Positions 63,801 to 64,000 of a stretch of DNA of 64,000 bases are shown here, one piece after another. Below the pieces are notes generated by a model that worked only from the letters and a program-made list of their open reading frames with translations, was not told the DNA's origin and did not search any database. The DNA is from an uncultured Planctomycetales bacterium (lineage in GTDB: Bacteria > Omnitrophota > Gorgyraeia > Gygaellales > Profunditerraquicolaceae). Positions within the stretch are counted from its first letter, which is position 1, and every line of letters begins with the position of its first letter. A program made the position numbers and the translations under genes. The stretch covers positions 12,593 to 76,592 of the forward strand of contig CAYHBB010000040.1 of NCBI GenBank assembly GCA_964354795.1, read 5' to 3'.

Positions 63801-64000
63801 ATCGAAAGTGCCGGATGATAAATTGATTTTATCCTTCTGTAGGACCTATTTATGCTTTCTTCAAGAGAGTCTGATAAACTTACTCCGGAATTATCCACAT
63901 TAAAGATAAGATTTTGTATGCGCGAGGTATCGTCAAAATAAGCTGGCGTATGCGAAACATGCTTGCCCTTCGTCGCCCAATCGCGTATAAATACCGGGAT
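27839..64000 (-). CDS. giant (at least 12,019 aa) multi-module membrane protein: HAD-like + LOG-like N-terminus, ~15 TM-anchored HEAT-repeat modules, 3 polytopic blocks, M23 peptidase + SAM-MTase-like + 9x88-aa repeat C-terminal region
   Basis: The frame is uninterrupted from the stop at 27839-27841 to the window edge. The first in-window start codon is GTG at 63898 (ORF track), but upstream codons to 64000 have no stop, so the feature is given as 5' open. Recognisable domain motifs and codon-level conserved repeats appear throughout (see the domain features and findings). Confidence 0.85.
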   Translation of the reverse strand: MPVFIRDWATKGKHVSHTPAYFDDTSRIQNLIFNVDNSGVSLSDSLEESINRSYRRIKSIYHPALSISARPQNLGRLPFKAVISDLDGTLAHTLKEVPESVMQKLLYLLQLGVQVAIVTTQSYKEVEKYLIKAVPLQHRSLLHNLTVYPATGSQGFGFDQNGQPLKEALYDTAKAIMSDAQLDKWREIIDDLLAEYGLTKPVADDNGEIIYNSVKIIDAGSQIIVRLKERAFLRRQVYKRLEEQLEKDKLLIELKEIGHSSIRMTMKEVDKSLAVKHHLTKVCLRRFGAVPKPNEVVILGNSFDESGDDREMMVKGAKVFSVGGRIHHRHLRAGIEFYPFHGWRGGDYVLGELINLIRIRMKIEDKGEGKGQDKGVLLENKPQEELGAKTEKDRSEELGVRAEAIRREFPGIKIGVIGATMPSKGYSAEIGQELGRKLSQYLGAEGFVFTGGVGGVGADVFKGMCSENKAGRERFFALLPEGLTPDRKYQEAAGDKDVKVAHIGRGMFERRIGVGKVADIVIVLNGSGGTMHEAVTTLQANKKLIVLNHGGIGAKLYAAKTNNSLTLELATEGFRQEDLENIVLADIASIAEALRKALGVNEGAFSRGPPLINKALSAILVPILLALPFFAAFSSTASYAEEVRITETEKKAEIEKLIEDLRRKNYWLPNDGALAIYRLKDIGLPAVPYLIEALTTTYTTDDPIIRALAKIGSPAVPALIEASKNENYKVRSGAIEALGQIGPTAKEAIPNFIQALKDKEWYVRASAAEALGKIGPAARNAIPGLIKAMKDEEKYVRSSAAEALGDIGPVAKDAVPALIEALKDQEKDVRSSATEALGKIGPAAKDAVPALIETLKDADYWVCHCAAEALKKIGPEGKDAVRALIELLNNQKACYEVADVLSGIGPAAKDAVPSLIKLLEDKTYIGFCYKAAEALGNIGSEAKDAVPHLIKALNSYGERESATNALVKIGSPAVPFLIDVLKDEKSDCRNHAAKVLSDIGAPAITALLEELKNKNIDKAVVARILDESGWKPQNPKEMIMYAVAKGDLEALADLRIGPETKEAVPYLIAALKNNDYDDHKYAARLLGRIGPAAKDAVPALVEALNDYGAGEEAVTALGNIGPEAKSAIPALAKELKEHSFLPAEKAESIVSALAKIGDPAADCLIESLNGSNQSLVEASVFGLQTIAKDTSDITLLLRLMEIRQSGVSLSALNRICQVGDISIVQRLQFIASNEFKNSKEERQAAKEALEAIKARTSAGEWAKAFPAKEPLKFKKYLKPAGIIVGALAALYVIASAISYIRARIRSGRSNSKFTALFLIFALSSCVFAPAVVFAQNTNTDTQPVITQPDETKQKKIEELIGKLEDKDWRVRETAIRTLAEIKDPAAVEPLIRVLRGVNYDQIIFIRDSAAYALGEIGDPRAIAPLMSALDDESGNVGFIEAPVALAKIGQPAVEPLLKAMKDSTWRVHRGAIIALGELKEARAVDLLIKDLLDPQVRSYAAESLQKIMESTDDASVLLKILEINTWRVGNSENFGCGSRKEYIKEARSDVIRTRLAAIRRLSVTADTNAALMLRLVSQNEIKYSKEEREAAKKALEVIKARTPAGEWAKAFPVKEPHSFKKYLKPAGIISGALVALYAIVSIISIIRARIISKKAQNQPGQGQNTTTLNSVLPILPLASIDKLILLSPYLVYTSLVLASLAILIYALYKLTQKQRAPPAKALAFILALLATLTGQPNTTTALAQEPATNTTITQFQPDEATQKRIEELIRKLKDVHGYDADALGKIGSLAVPALIEVLKDKEPFVRHRAAEALGKIGPAAKDAIPALIAALKVGRPGAGTAAEALGQIGPDAKDAIPALIEILKDKGWWGRESAAEALGKIGPAAIDAVPALSEALKSEKFIVRYAATKALGQIGPTARDAIPALINALKDKNESIRLCAAEALDQIGPPAKDAMPKLIEALKDEYEDDSVRRKAAEALGQIGPDAKDAIFLLIKALKDESIRLSAAEALVKIGPPAIPSLIEALEDEYSNVRSCAAEALGKIGPPAIPSLIEALKHGRYEVRWRAAEALGQIRPAAKDAVPALIEALLYQSSDSRVREKAAKALESITVFTQDVPTLVRLLDEGGFRIAAITRLGEVGDITALFKLQLIAQNEIKFSKAESQAAKEALEAIKLRVTPEEWAKATAKQPLNLKKYLKPAAIIAGILILLYPVICLISFIRARKRSPLTQGPQDKANTNSLNSLIPAHVLAFMTNIIPADANLICVGLLVLGIVILFSLRKLTQNTRAPPVSKNVKAPAFLLVFLSFLLGISSTATTYAQDTNNNPAITQTDEATKKKIEGLITALKDEDRHVRESAIEALGEIGEKEAFPVLIAALDGSEIVHQSAVKALRYFDQALPEWYIRRYEKIELLTVALTKGRKDTRLAAAKVLGEFRDSTAVGLLVEALRDADVDVSSAAASSLKSIAESTQDVPALLRILDTRRNISITGEFEAVRIITIKRLGNVGGSNVIPRIQLIVQNEIKHPKEERQAAKEALGAIKARTPAEEWAKAFTAKEPLSLKKYLRPAGITLAVLILIYPVVCFISYIRARISLRKIRAGKSNPTFLTLLFAFILPFSALYSLTVNAQDTKANPATNQIDKAIQEITKELIEKLIDQDPRVRQDAAAALTKIGPPATPALNELLELLADTGHNLPVFTGGLSSPRDVAIKTIVRMDKRLTVPLLTEALKNKFSSIREGAIIALGEIRDKQAIPALIEALSSSRYFTCGIGWPYHSLYDQGFGPIFHTLAQFDESIVPEIIKISGKASSDCKINLEETVFGFGQSAIPYLEAALSSKDFETRTFAVRVLDKLSWTPRDKELKILYFVAKCDRKGLSETGNQAIPYIIDAISLKPGFSSSDNFIKVLVGLRTPESWEAIIGLISAGKGFVNDSVRDSVKDEIRSSKNNGLIMKILAVPDSEIRVAAIEAIETFEDLQITKILLKTLSDEDESVRMASENTIIKYISGSPSFDMLVEFARSDNLRVRAKALSALGQLKDKKAIRVFSENIFNKDKELQKQVIFCIGELGPDTRELVPELLKLLKGKDLPVLLTTIEALGKIQDSRAVEPLIELLKDGHSEGAREVVYSSLTNIIEVTQDVSLLIKLLDSKDAKIYLISIRRLGQVGGIVALPRIQFIAANEFKHSQQERQAAKQALEAIRARTPAEEWAKAFPVKEPRNIKKYLKPAGMIAGISAALYIIVSAISYVRARIKRGLIQKQKGQGPTSTTCLNIFLPLAFMDKFATVNTDLIYAALAFIALAGIFYGISKIAIKKIGAQESPVVGLAWAGNFLAYACFVALFVYKFTAGNIVGGLAAAIIAMTLVANILFQSFVLIKAVSETRQVERYTAIKCHAKSVIFWGVLFLTLHLINAALLSWGVIIWGALLCPCFAKCLEATRSLWTASSFTLEGKIGLTPFIWIVPVFISVYLCLYWYPKFNMAVSDTSSLLEKLSKGQPYFIIEPKKDEQDGFSNYGLRDLPETRHSYVLSRDYEQEKKLRNEWADEILSNRGQFIQQIVQLGEAGDINTVSQLQFIMQNEIKYSKEERQAAKQALEAIKARVTPEEWAKKSATPEKELVLKKYLKPAGIIAAIIILLYPVACLISFIYARIKSRKTNPKLLSILAVSALPYFAILPETTHAQDTNSTQIQSVAQTDEASQKKIKELIRKLMNNEDRNVRKEAVRAFGKIEDPGAVTSMIEALGDESYIVRKTAAEILGVLRDSKAVSPLIKALGDGYTNAYSRARYSYHNEVGQVAADALAKIGQPAVDSLIGALKNENLWVRENAVRGLGQIKDPRAFEALAEALGDKHGGFRSHVIEALGKSKDVRASEIIIKALTDDYLFVRESAAKVLGELKDPRAVEQLIKALRDEEMPVREAAAKALREINDPRAVKPLIDALKDKDVTVRQIASESLVKIGPPAVDSLTKTLKDRDVILRVLAAEILTKIKDPRAIGPLINALQNKDTHEVAINSLKIFSESTEDIAGLRALLNVEESDINLQAIKKLAEIGDIDVASELQFIAGNEFKHSKQEREIAKQALEAIKARTPAEEWTKATAQQPLNFKKYLKPAAIAGGVFALFYIITSIISYVLVRTKSTGLQKKNDSVRKEKQIRQQSQSKYAKSKTKSLITILIIVFLSNILPNQRKAYAQYDDQRSIEEILDLSSKIRVLGESKDKRAVQVLIRALNDGDILIKAEAAKALGKIADEEAIPALIKALKDQYISKTASEALADIGYPAVPGLIGALKDEDRFIFKSAGEALMKIGSPAVPALIHILKEKSYYVRKQAADSLIYIGPSVIKPILQELRISSNEYLSKAGSEIIVGIGQPAIPELISALNDENLSFIREKIAEILDKLKWEPKTNQEKIPYFFAKHDWAGLVKIGPDAVEPLIKIIVDKDSYFNIEAAKALKEIGDPRAIEPLRAYTKTIIEKLERGSGFGREYLVKALGEIGGQEAIGALIKALKDYSVREEAVKALGKLGEIGDPKATEALIKALEDYSVREEAMEALGKIGDIRAVKPLNSIALNEIKYNEGQRNNAKAALEQIKNKVSPREWEKATSKSYKFKQFMKTAGVVLGVSALIYMIVLSISYIRARERSRKLLSGKFNSSLLIMLLAFILSPALFSSTASYAQGTNTSIEPEVTQIDVVNEKKIEELIEVLKNDGDEWVRNHAADALGKIGDRQAIPALIEALKDRSGSVRCSAVQALVKIGLPAGPALIEELKVTKDEDLDVRESIIITLGRIGEKQALPYLIGLLKDKTPRMRDCAVTALGRIGDKQALPYLIEALRQESWGVRSSAAQALGNLGDKEAVSVLLEALKDDEGSVRRYTIEALGKVGDIEVVSRLQAIAFNEIKYNKYERQAAKEAFEAIKARTTAEEWATVAGEAKKEPLNFRKYFKPAGIIAGTLALIYVLASAISYLISRSRSRAAENKINDKNGSSNLYGANLMLAPLFNDSGITTVLVCIAVAAIIAETIYRSLRWLMHRNSIIKGYDTYEKPQLMFSAIGFILVTLGLTGLYVVHNNLIFIPLAGKIIFTVFALNCILALRASLLMMKEKDEDLFGRAVPIGFTILNGLLLALFIINPGLISFWLIVSSVFALSVLISILSLDEFGWRARLGYFALFVLPVIIYYSFKIPTAFKDNDALIREYIEREEAERTESSGPSNFRNKYWTIPVLAGRSSRQISPLMIELLTDRDKRKSDLALTVLDAARWKPGTYHEKVAYALAQNRGKDSFVDDISSLGPQAIKPLIELLPRGDSKMREGMVEVLSRLGWRPKNDVEKIKYFIAKEDWKALSSLKNEAAPFLVFLLEDDCLRIREGAVAVLKEAGWSAASEEEKILYLIANKDWPELVRIGPPAVGALGRLKCKESIRALGEIGNEETARTLIAFGVEDSDVEEALLKVGKQATGPLIDEFSAVRWDARASSRKRAVIEMLGRIQDAGAVAALVKFLNENEEGMKWEISSALQPIADSTEDIEILIKLLEAKTSDIRKFAVIKTRLLIESTKDASVAIRSLKLKDSDLRLAAINRLGQIGALDAVDDLRAIASNEIKHSKKERDAAKQALEAIMARVSLEELAKAASAPEKKPLNLKKYLKPAGIIAGALAAFYAIISIISFVCARIRSRLTQRPQNQNNTTSLNSFAPVIPLAFAGSIATINLSPVIYAVLGIFVLGILAYLIQRLIQEIRAPPAQGKAALPFLKTMSEVVKIGKEERIDKDTLAKVVRFGTESRGGAGFIVGIIAVVICVTLIIFNVIYTYAAAFALFAAILIPVILLQSDSGVALFGKGVDLVRFSFRFSIFPLRFESISREYDYSSALNPEHFYILRRFKKEIGERLFDDIRNQARKQFAKGEDLLVLGAVIEIAYRMHQQNKDIRHLLEIPVPVAIDVSGNLSEFKVNLDIVEQILTKLSDAALIQDKGSFRAYFEKFDKDLRPINAEQTVESIGLLEYRLKQQGFDIQNFYDEVFKGMSKATLSGALDIIFEIIRHGLFPTEQLINLAKSAADRIALYRDWQAMLTQIKAGRFDINNPMHTELEYSNFRRIVDNSRIIAMQFKNLSYKDYIRFSGTGCHGLSGLPDSGTIEHELVYAAYEALKLKEFIEAVKVQSASFGRDVWIMPNFTLGRFSAAFIEGDLKLDDIDIVFAKVGSSETHTNPYYIDPKFVRSQILYRMLAERPVVIVVDTTQHNRYPDAHQGYLNLAIALNEIISGEDESRYAHLVYRDAKFIRDLRANNDFKAIKKIIQKEFDNISERGLKDTSLYGFRFWNPRGEKLHIRQYRQNAGYPDVLNIRDLKSPAFIFVNTVVTDKELPDSVKKMAGNTGHTPGYFDDKEYLRIVHLFFKFTEDGVHLADHLYELEMRDLESLMPKSQRKKAVLPRSVPVAKTEAVKMDDAKADPVATTNNYNEIKVRRLIDELTDRNAKIRADAAGALGDYAGNETIAQALRKALLNDKGREVRYWAASSLGVIGLKDSGKDLIAALHNDSAVEVRKVSARALKKFADPSTIPALAKSLEDERSDEVRQEVIQALRNIKDNGVLLVLLKTIKEDKDPIIRTMAAEAYLDVGGKAVVSEAIKYLNDKDETLRAIIAEGLGDLTDSLAEKTAEVVEVLSELLLVDKSEEVREKTAWSLGQLGDPGALGAVEKALKAEGSKKVRETLSWARDRLIKAKASGIVVTERKKVKVIEPQIDKQEKAPQEVSSAVAIQGVKIDLSKINGFIFGLEDCIATLKQPVSLAINDHLVNLLRCGKHIAIITDETEDNLESRVWAQIPKELLKNLHLYSNTGTRGFGFDERGNKVGYYRFELSANDRQTILEVVKNALTGLSYKIKRQDYKVKIKISSKLAKERRKFASEIEEALRAKGLSAEIIFQGEESLNILRFGPFEAARDFISRTGLSEENLIIVGNKARSFGMERRLLASFPRAVSINVGCNSPTIAEQKQNIIQTELKNLIATQSILDTIGGNARTEIKSSPQKPRAPNSLLRRFWILPFFFILSFLAITNPNLAYAQETTNTAIQTTAQTDQTTQQKIAELIKQLKRRASSDECCSAADALGKIGPAAKDAVPALSEALKDKLWYVRSSISVAKALGEIGPAAKDAVPALIRVLQYQYPEVRSAAAEALAKIGPAAVPALDEALKDEDWLARSPDAEALVKIGQPAVEPLIKVLSGKDPKARSLAAEALGKIGDRTAVEPLIKALGDAGYTEWSFRSSAAEALGKIADQRAVEPLIKALGHTCEDVNRSTLGALLSLAGNLKDVPALLRLTEAGDKESRIRLIAIQRLGQFSDTSAIRRLNLIASNKIRFKEAEREAAKGALNAIKARVSTEEWVKATGAAEKKPLQLKKYLKPAGIILGAIILFYPIICLISFFRARLKSGRFNSMLLSLFLMFTLFSLVFLFANACTKQTKELNAYAQKRDELLTGLWDDDQKVRKHSVEELAKMLEDDNVLKGLIHYYNLRSWRGHDEVAEATVNDVLQKTLAPIVWRIFCIPSNDSRSDNDIKEACEAIRKGELDLESITRLLHKDLCDEKPIEILCALQDPRTIEPLIEELKEGEIFGHTGDNIVKVLGEKRDPRAILPLLESRRLWDNSNLSVYSEEATALKKICEETKNRDLLATHLTNAVPAVRARTIVALGACIVDSKGDHEALKKYFDTLIRMKEDKNEEVQRAIAYALKEFKEVRETIGSLNSVSALLSLLTIDDPDVLQVVTNTLIKIGQPAVEPLIKLLKDQDQAKHKIVISVMRSIAQSTQNIPVLLKLIEVNEGGINLLAIQRLGQFSDIAVIPNLQFIAQNEFKYSSGERQAAKGALEAIKARVSLEEWAKATGAAEKKPLQLKKYLNAAGIIAGALAALYAIIAFASYISARIRSRLNRSNLKLLTILLMFALSSSIFYSPATYAQDTNSNPATTKTDEATKKEIERLVVFLDYGDWDIRFSAAKALAELKDPRAVKPLITALKDEYGHVRPSVVEALAKIGSSAVEFLIAVMKNDEVFDRQSAAETLKLIVESSSDNPALLRLLKVNDYDFRLLSLKRLVKVGDLSAIPKLQFISQNEIKYSKEERQAAQEAMEAIKARVSSEEWAKATSKQSLSLKKYLKPVGLILGVFALFYIFASAVSYVFSRKNSTVRQKLKGKDVKKITQANCAILPLALSTPFVNDGIGLGIVVIVMLAGVFVLYYFMRKMGNERIFDEKHPAAVNWGVTGMIFNILSFGSIAIYLLVLKLCSAVATPFFAKVILAAMVINLLLFAISLICELRDDGLKGNSPSLGFMLINAFFIVLYLLNPALITAGTLIWGFFTAVAFLLVLDKLERRECLPGFLIIFLPGIIFLSFKINTSIKETPVLIEEFSSENASPLLAYKRDNWIVPTLENRNAAVPQMVDLLTDADNEKVSLAIKVLDMAGWKPRTSDEKISYTTAKYNYNELSAKLFEIESRAPGSILILLTDRRDSVRSAAIAALKKKDWCPRGEAEEIDYAIACKDWQKLINIGKPSLPRLVKHLSNDYAQERKSVVSVLTSLEWVPASEEDKIRYMAAKQDYEGLVNSAPAAAEYLIRDIFVQDPEIKKFAITVLVKIRPEKTIGPLMQMFGGFSEDSSFAEEALVKIGEPAVEPLVQSLKDTRRYGRLPAARTLARIDSERKVCALIRLVDDKDEEVSKIATEGLRATVENTTNLSALSEVTKAKHPEISSVAIRRLGEIGDTSVIAALRDISVNEIKQSKQIRNSATAALEAIKARATPEEWTKATAAPEKKPLNLKKYLKPAGIILGVGVIFYVFVSIISFIYTRIKSRKINSTLFIVLVMSALSWAVFSSTAIYAQETNNAAKPLIAQTVKVTQERIEEIISSLEYYSWSNNRREDIQSRITELARIGEPAVPVLIKALRGKASSLVVKALIEIGQPAVPGLIEALKDKDNLQCRLCALEALAGLGKINTSVVPVLIGLLRDKKEEINIRGTSAWVLGQISDRQAIPALIEVLKNEKQFLRGCSARSLSKLDWKPQDLQEKIAYLIGMKDWGALADIGPPAFSALAEEFKDLYSFEDMEAAAIALGKTGDRQAVPVLIEIYKIYGSESVAKILIGIGDQQAVSAFIENLNSRSNDRLRSVAACSLGELKDLRAIEPLIKALSDEDEGVRNSAASSLISITESVSDRDTLLKCLKVKHLNIRLAAIHRLSRFGDISAVPSLRFISANEIKHSKAERQAAQAALEAIRARVAPEDWAKVTAVTETKPLSLKKYLKPVGIVLGIGVISYIFVSIISFICARIRSGRGIDTSAGKSGSSRIESLWGICAIFAFAGLVLAPLFALHVAGPALAALFAFPLLSTTLQSATDDAKFTFVTEKSIRSAISYLQAQGSPVSLHEIAILLLSNENTVRRFVDEHPDLRRALLVVGSSYDREISLAIERLKRKGMPVSVRSLAQETRYKGKMGLAESAIVWRANNDPKVQEKIREAIGKRGRLKDDGKESITSEREDRILYLIDLISIDIGEIADSVLENSRDLKEIDDLIAVARDRVKELRELFEANPEEIIKQRKILISLIDEIAGIQDELEENESKISEEADKAFQEWRLALRELAACPVLKWLMSFKLPGWFKKWVFEPDMLFEAQKYWWGEKKGRLSTFSHEGIDLYSYEDSQGKIQYVQPGQGVPLIYGGKIVRIIDDFIGNTIFVNHEVYDGEGKQLYTIYGHVQPEQGIEEGRICRAQDIIVRIADPRQKLTSAPAHLHLTMAWIAKEIKPADLNWQIVNDPEKATLIEPYKSRDLSDDKEGPDTFGASSILIMIGVASAAIGALAALTAVHGLALILGACVLGAVVSAAEKPRIGENVIVAHSSSKIYEEAIKEWGVIKAADGTVDIYYIPGNFTARKKPDAFGNYPDYFVTIKNRLSGFEFSIGRDDIATHFPPEKGTVEAAIAKKRKQASLYAKRLDDISRFGQALSPDERASLNELLARSGVGDDDFGIIDTLYAKLESAIKVRKALDKLKVIMKRKGMAEFYFTPNERAFLDSAIQRYESQGPIDLLTREEITALDEIYNKLTCAQTALEKARRAWARGDTRRANEAVDDHFINATVAHLANLYLANRYARAIGEGRVQNVMDIGAGRSAFYTVIKQIGKAMPMAKIVDIEKDVESYSEGQNPNKVLVESAATLDRPIDLSQAPLSDYYRAGAYDVLVSNFVFVHLTPKERLKVFVHANRLLRASTSEEPNERTGEFAITLPLNCQPCEGFFSILTELGFEIVSDSPINNTLDDRIYNSCKSDMGKDAADALRSLVEKKFYVLILRKVKDVTRVPEIEEKDLLFSKSEIRPLGKNKPETTEVDPVQLEALYLAANLSADAIISPSSDRVRKTDLAGKNPELEDILFELRTLKPFLPARTRHQLELLLVQWYDAQDHVRSDFAQRLSEISGQLEPYYSVAKIKSHLPEVKAWYEETGADEFDARLEATDYMSKDDLIRLKRRRDRAVGLTPAEIEKHFPGFIDALLTSAAMDFPGAVSLLKRWPKGGKFLPEEINEVYYEQAKGETLLLKKGTIHWTKVPVPVQRFLICELLKASGKSRLSRLASSDFDIKVLGAKNTLRGFYNHYGSSVQKVVDALGDVELELTNEEIEEAAKKLFERQRTLWENVDVRVQQFLIRELLEASGKSRLSQLTLDAFANAKILGSKKALSGLCYHYGGNIQQMVDALGDVELELQEEQIEEMGKKLLEEKIASWSNVDARIQRFLIRKLMEASGKSKLSLLTTTNFSTIKIMGSGKTLRGLFCHYGSDIQNIIDALGDVELELTEEKIGEVARNLLERQNIHWRKVDVRIQRFLIHELLGETGKLKLSQLNAPDFKDTRIMGTGKRLWGFYIYYGRDVAKIIDALGDVELELTEGQIEEAARKLLEKQKTFWENVDVRIQRFLIRELLEETGKSRLSQLTVHDFDNEVLGSGKTLTGLYNHYGQNIQNIIDALGNVEIELPAEQIVEAAKKLFAGQNIFWENVDVRIQRFLIRELLEETGKSRLSQLNAYDFYIEVLGSGKTLIGLCCHYGENIQNIIDALGNVEIELPAEQIVEAAKNLLEEGVDRWKNVDVRIQRFLICELLRACVKSRLSQLTDIDFMETGIMGTEKTLSALYAYYGRNIPSIIDTLGDVEVKLKLTDKKIEEAARKLLERKVSRWKNVDVRIQRFLMRKLLEAAGKSRLSQLTVHDFNTQVMGSEKTLAGLCRHYGMNVQKMVDALGDVMVEIGSTEEKMEEAARRLFDRPKTFWKNVDVRIQRFLIRKLLEAAGKSRLSQLTKGDFKNKLAGMGKTLGGLYTHYEMDIQNIIDALGDVTRSDGKAHPQKPDVARLASRIKKGDGSNFSRSGQTLIAFLVLVALCFILAPILIPGLIHAPPALAALFVIPLLAATIQSKKNRLYSNPKDSRLLIPSSEFYPDEGYVFRQAERYSLELALKEGKDREVVERTIERDRREYGRSAPEGGPRKGFIRVLNDKDIQDSVSLLPAFLLEGITYRRAESSIPLFITIFEQRNDLQGLLKGEITVADMPEGSLGELVDMAKATGFSPTRLIFTRDDKIAFLKQVLKLSMAHEVGELFTWANQDYLYAWENSPDRHNGSLRRYRVTSGRRVADFRHELCDYFMPYFWPDDPLLTNFALTESGREIITQMLVHGESSSCSPYCRINKVLKDAQKGEGDIFKACEDSIRNPSGEKTPLQIVRQLGWVLDRILRNDIDKARSITSGFKLEHLTDEGSEAIKELRAAISRSLGACNALIKTLHIAENMAKDKVSKMILQAVLRTVIHKFNNRVNIIQSYFDLTLNDKRGFAAEGLKAIKDSLDCIGKLIENLPKIDSVRGAGNPDAIGGLIEIFVPGISDISDFPYLVPESPIAIGKFDQKKTAELIKSTKLAGAQQVIVVEGSRAGMRVFLMPDDEAVKLSLSGQLIGRNDGIFIYSRIENIRFLVNRNSANKISGKPLNDQETLFLIQVKAEYVEKNFPSLVLDDPKALLEKASQMQLKLKEKAKASSWEKRPAVYPMYKELSERLAYFKSEALENIRLFAIRKDYVDVDTDNDGNSQDLGQEEN
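30085..32430 (-). repeat. nine tandem in-frame 264-nt (88-aa) repeats in the giant gene
   Basis: The repeated protein unit is NVDVRIQRFLIRELLE(E/A)(T/A)GKSRLSQL...GSGKTL.GLY.HYG.NIQNIIDALGDVE(L/I)EL.EEQIEEAA(R/K)KLLE. The nucleotide motif gaggaaccgctggatcct recurs on the plus strand at ~30241, 30508, 30781, 31048, 31309, 31576, 31846, 32107 and 32380. Copies 5 and 6 are nearly identical at the nucleotide level (264-nt offset, 30851 vs 31115). Confidence 0.85.
33200..33780 (-). other. class I SAM-dependent methyltransferase-like domain within the giant protein
   Basis: Motif I VQNVMDIGAGRSAFY (hh-D-h-G-x-G). An acidic residue follows at the end of beta-2 (IVDIEKD). Downstream there is a YDVLVSNFVFVHL motif-II/III-like segment. 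Confidence 0.45.
34790..35165 (-). other. M23 (LytM/lysostaphin-type) metallopeptidase domain within the giant protein
   Basis: FSHEGIDLYS (HxxxD) is followed ~80 aa later by YGHV and SAPAHLHLTMAW (HxH). Spacing and beta-rich context (GKIVRIIDDFIGNTIFVNHE) match M23 peptidoglycan endopeptidases. Confidence 0.65.
43080..43810 (-). other. second, degenerate HAD-like domain inside the giant protein (internal duplication of the N-terminal domain)
   Basis: GFIFGLEDCIATL ... HIAIITDETEDNLESRVWAQ ... NTGTRGFGFDERGN aligns with the N-terminal VISDLDGTLAHTL ... VAIVTTQSYKEVEKYLIKA ... ATGSQGFGFDQNG. The nucleophile Asp is replaced (DxDG becomes GxED). Confidence 0.5.
57450..58740 (-). repeat. HEAT_2 (PBS-lyase-type) tandem repeat array with high nucleotide-level identity
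   Basis: The 31-aa unit (...VR..AAEALGKIGPAAKDAVPALIEALKD...) repeats ~12 times. The plus-strand motif cctaaggcttcggctgc recurs at ~57790, 57880, 58060, 58365, 58470 and 58565. Shadow ORFs on the plus strand (57876..58166, 58344..58670) show the same periodicity. Confidence 0.8.
62300..62800 (-). other. LOG/SLOG-like Rossmann domain within the giant protein
   Basis: IGVIGATMPS...FVFTGGVGGVGADVF...IVLNGSGGTMHEAVT resembles the LOG-family glycine-rich motifs (GGGxG ... PGGxGTxEE). Confidence 0.4.
62900..63780 (-). other. HAD-like phosphatase domain (HAD-IIB-like) at the N-terminus of the giant protein
   Basis: Motif I VISDLDGTLAHT (DxDGT). Downstream blocks VAIVTTQSY and ATGSQGFGFDQNG follow, and a late GNSFDESGDD motif-IV-like segment. 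Confidence 0.55.

Noticed and set aside
63896-63898. GTG at 63898 as the definitive start of the giant gene
   Set aside because: The frame has no stop between 63899 and 64000 and encodes protein-like sequence (…FIRDWATKGKHVSHTPAYFDDTSRIQNLIFN-VDNSG…). The true start may therefore lie beyond the window, so the feature is reported as 5'-open.

Overview
This 64 kb window is dominated by one minus-strand reading frame of at least 12,019 codons (27839..63898). The frame is still open at the window edge, so the gene may be longer. The protein it encodes is built from about 15 tandem paralogous modules. Each module has a signal-peptide-like hydrophobic segment ending in AxA-Q, an array of HEAT_2/PBS-lyase-type HEAT repeats, a conserved tail (LQFIAQNEIKYSKEERQAAKEALEAIKAR..EEWAKA...KKYLKPAGII) and a transmembrane helix. 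Other parts of the same frame are three paralogous polytopic membrane blocks, an N-terminal HAD-like phosphatase plus a LOG/SLOG-like domain, a second and degenerate internal HAD-like copy, and a C-terminal region carrying an M23 (LytM-type) peptidase domain, a class-I SAM-methyltransferase-like domain and nine tandem 88-aa (264-nt) repeats. Everything else is also on the minus strand except one small mobile element. From low to high coordinates the window holds pstC (partial), pstS, a putative porin, greA, and then a tightly packed mnmG-queG-like-phoB-pit-phoU-phoR gene string. After that come a REP-associated tyrosine transposase (RAYT) element with nested terminal inverted repeats, archaeal-type phosphoglycerate mutase, and class II (B12-dependent) ribonucleotide reductase. 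A carbohydrate-utilisation locus follows (LacI and ROK regulators, coiled-coil and TPR proteins, two paralogous clan GH-A glycosidases, a tandem-repeat putative carbohydrate-binding protein, and sugar ABC permeases with their binding protein). A tandem-PilZ protein lies immediately downstream of the giant gene. Candidate regulatory elements include PhoP/PhoB-type direct repeats upstream of the porin-pstS operon, NrdR-like boxes upstream of nrdJ, an intrinsic terminator after greA, and a 29-bp palindromic element present in identical copies in two unrelated intergenic regions. No rRNA, tRNA or CRISPR features were seen. The lineage cannot be assigned from the sequence alone. The gene content (giant multi-TM gene, apgM, nrdJ, RAYT) suggests an uncultivated bacterium, possibly Omnitrophota-like, and that is a low-confidence guess.
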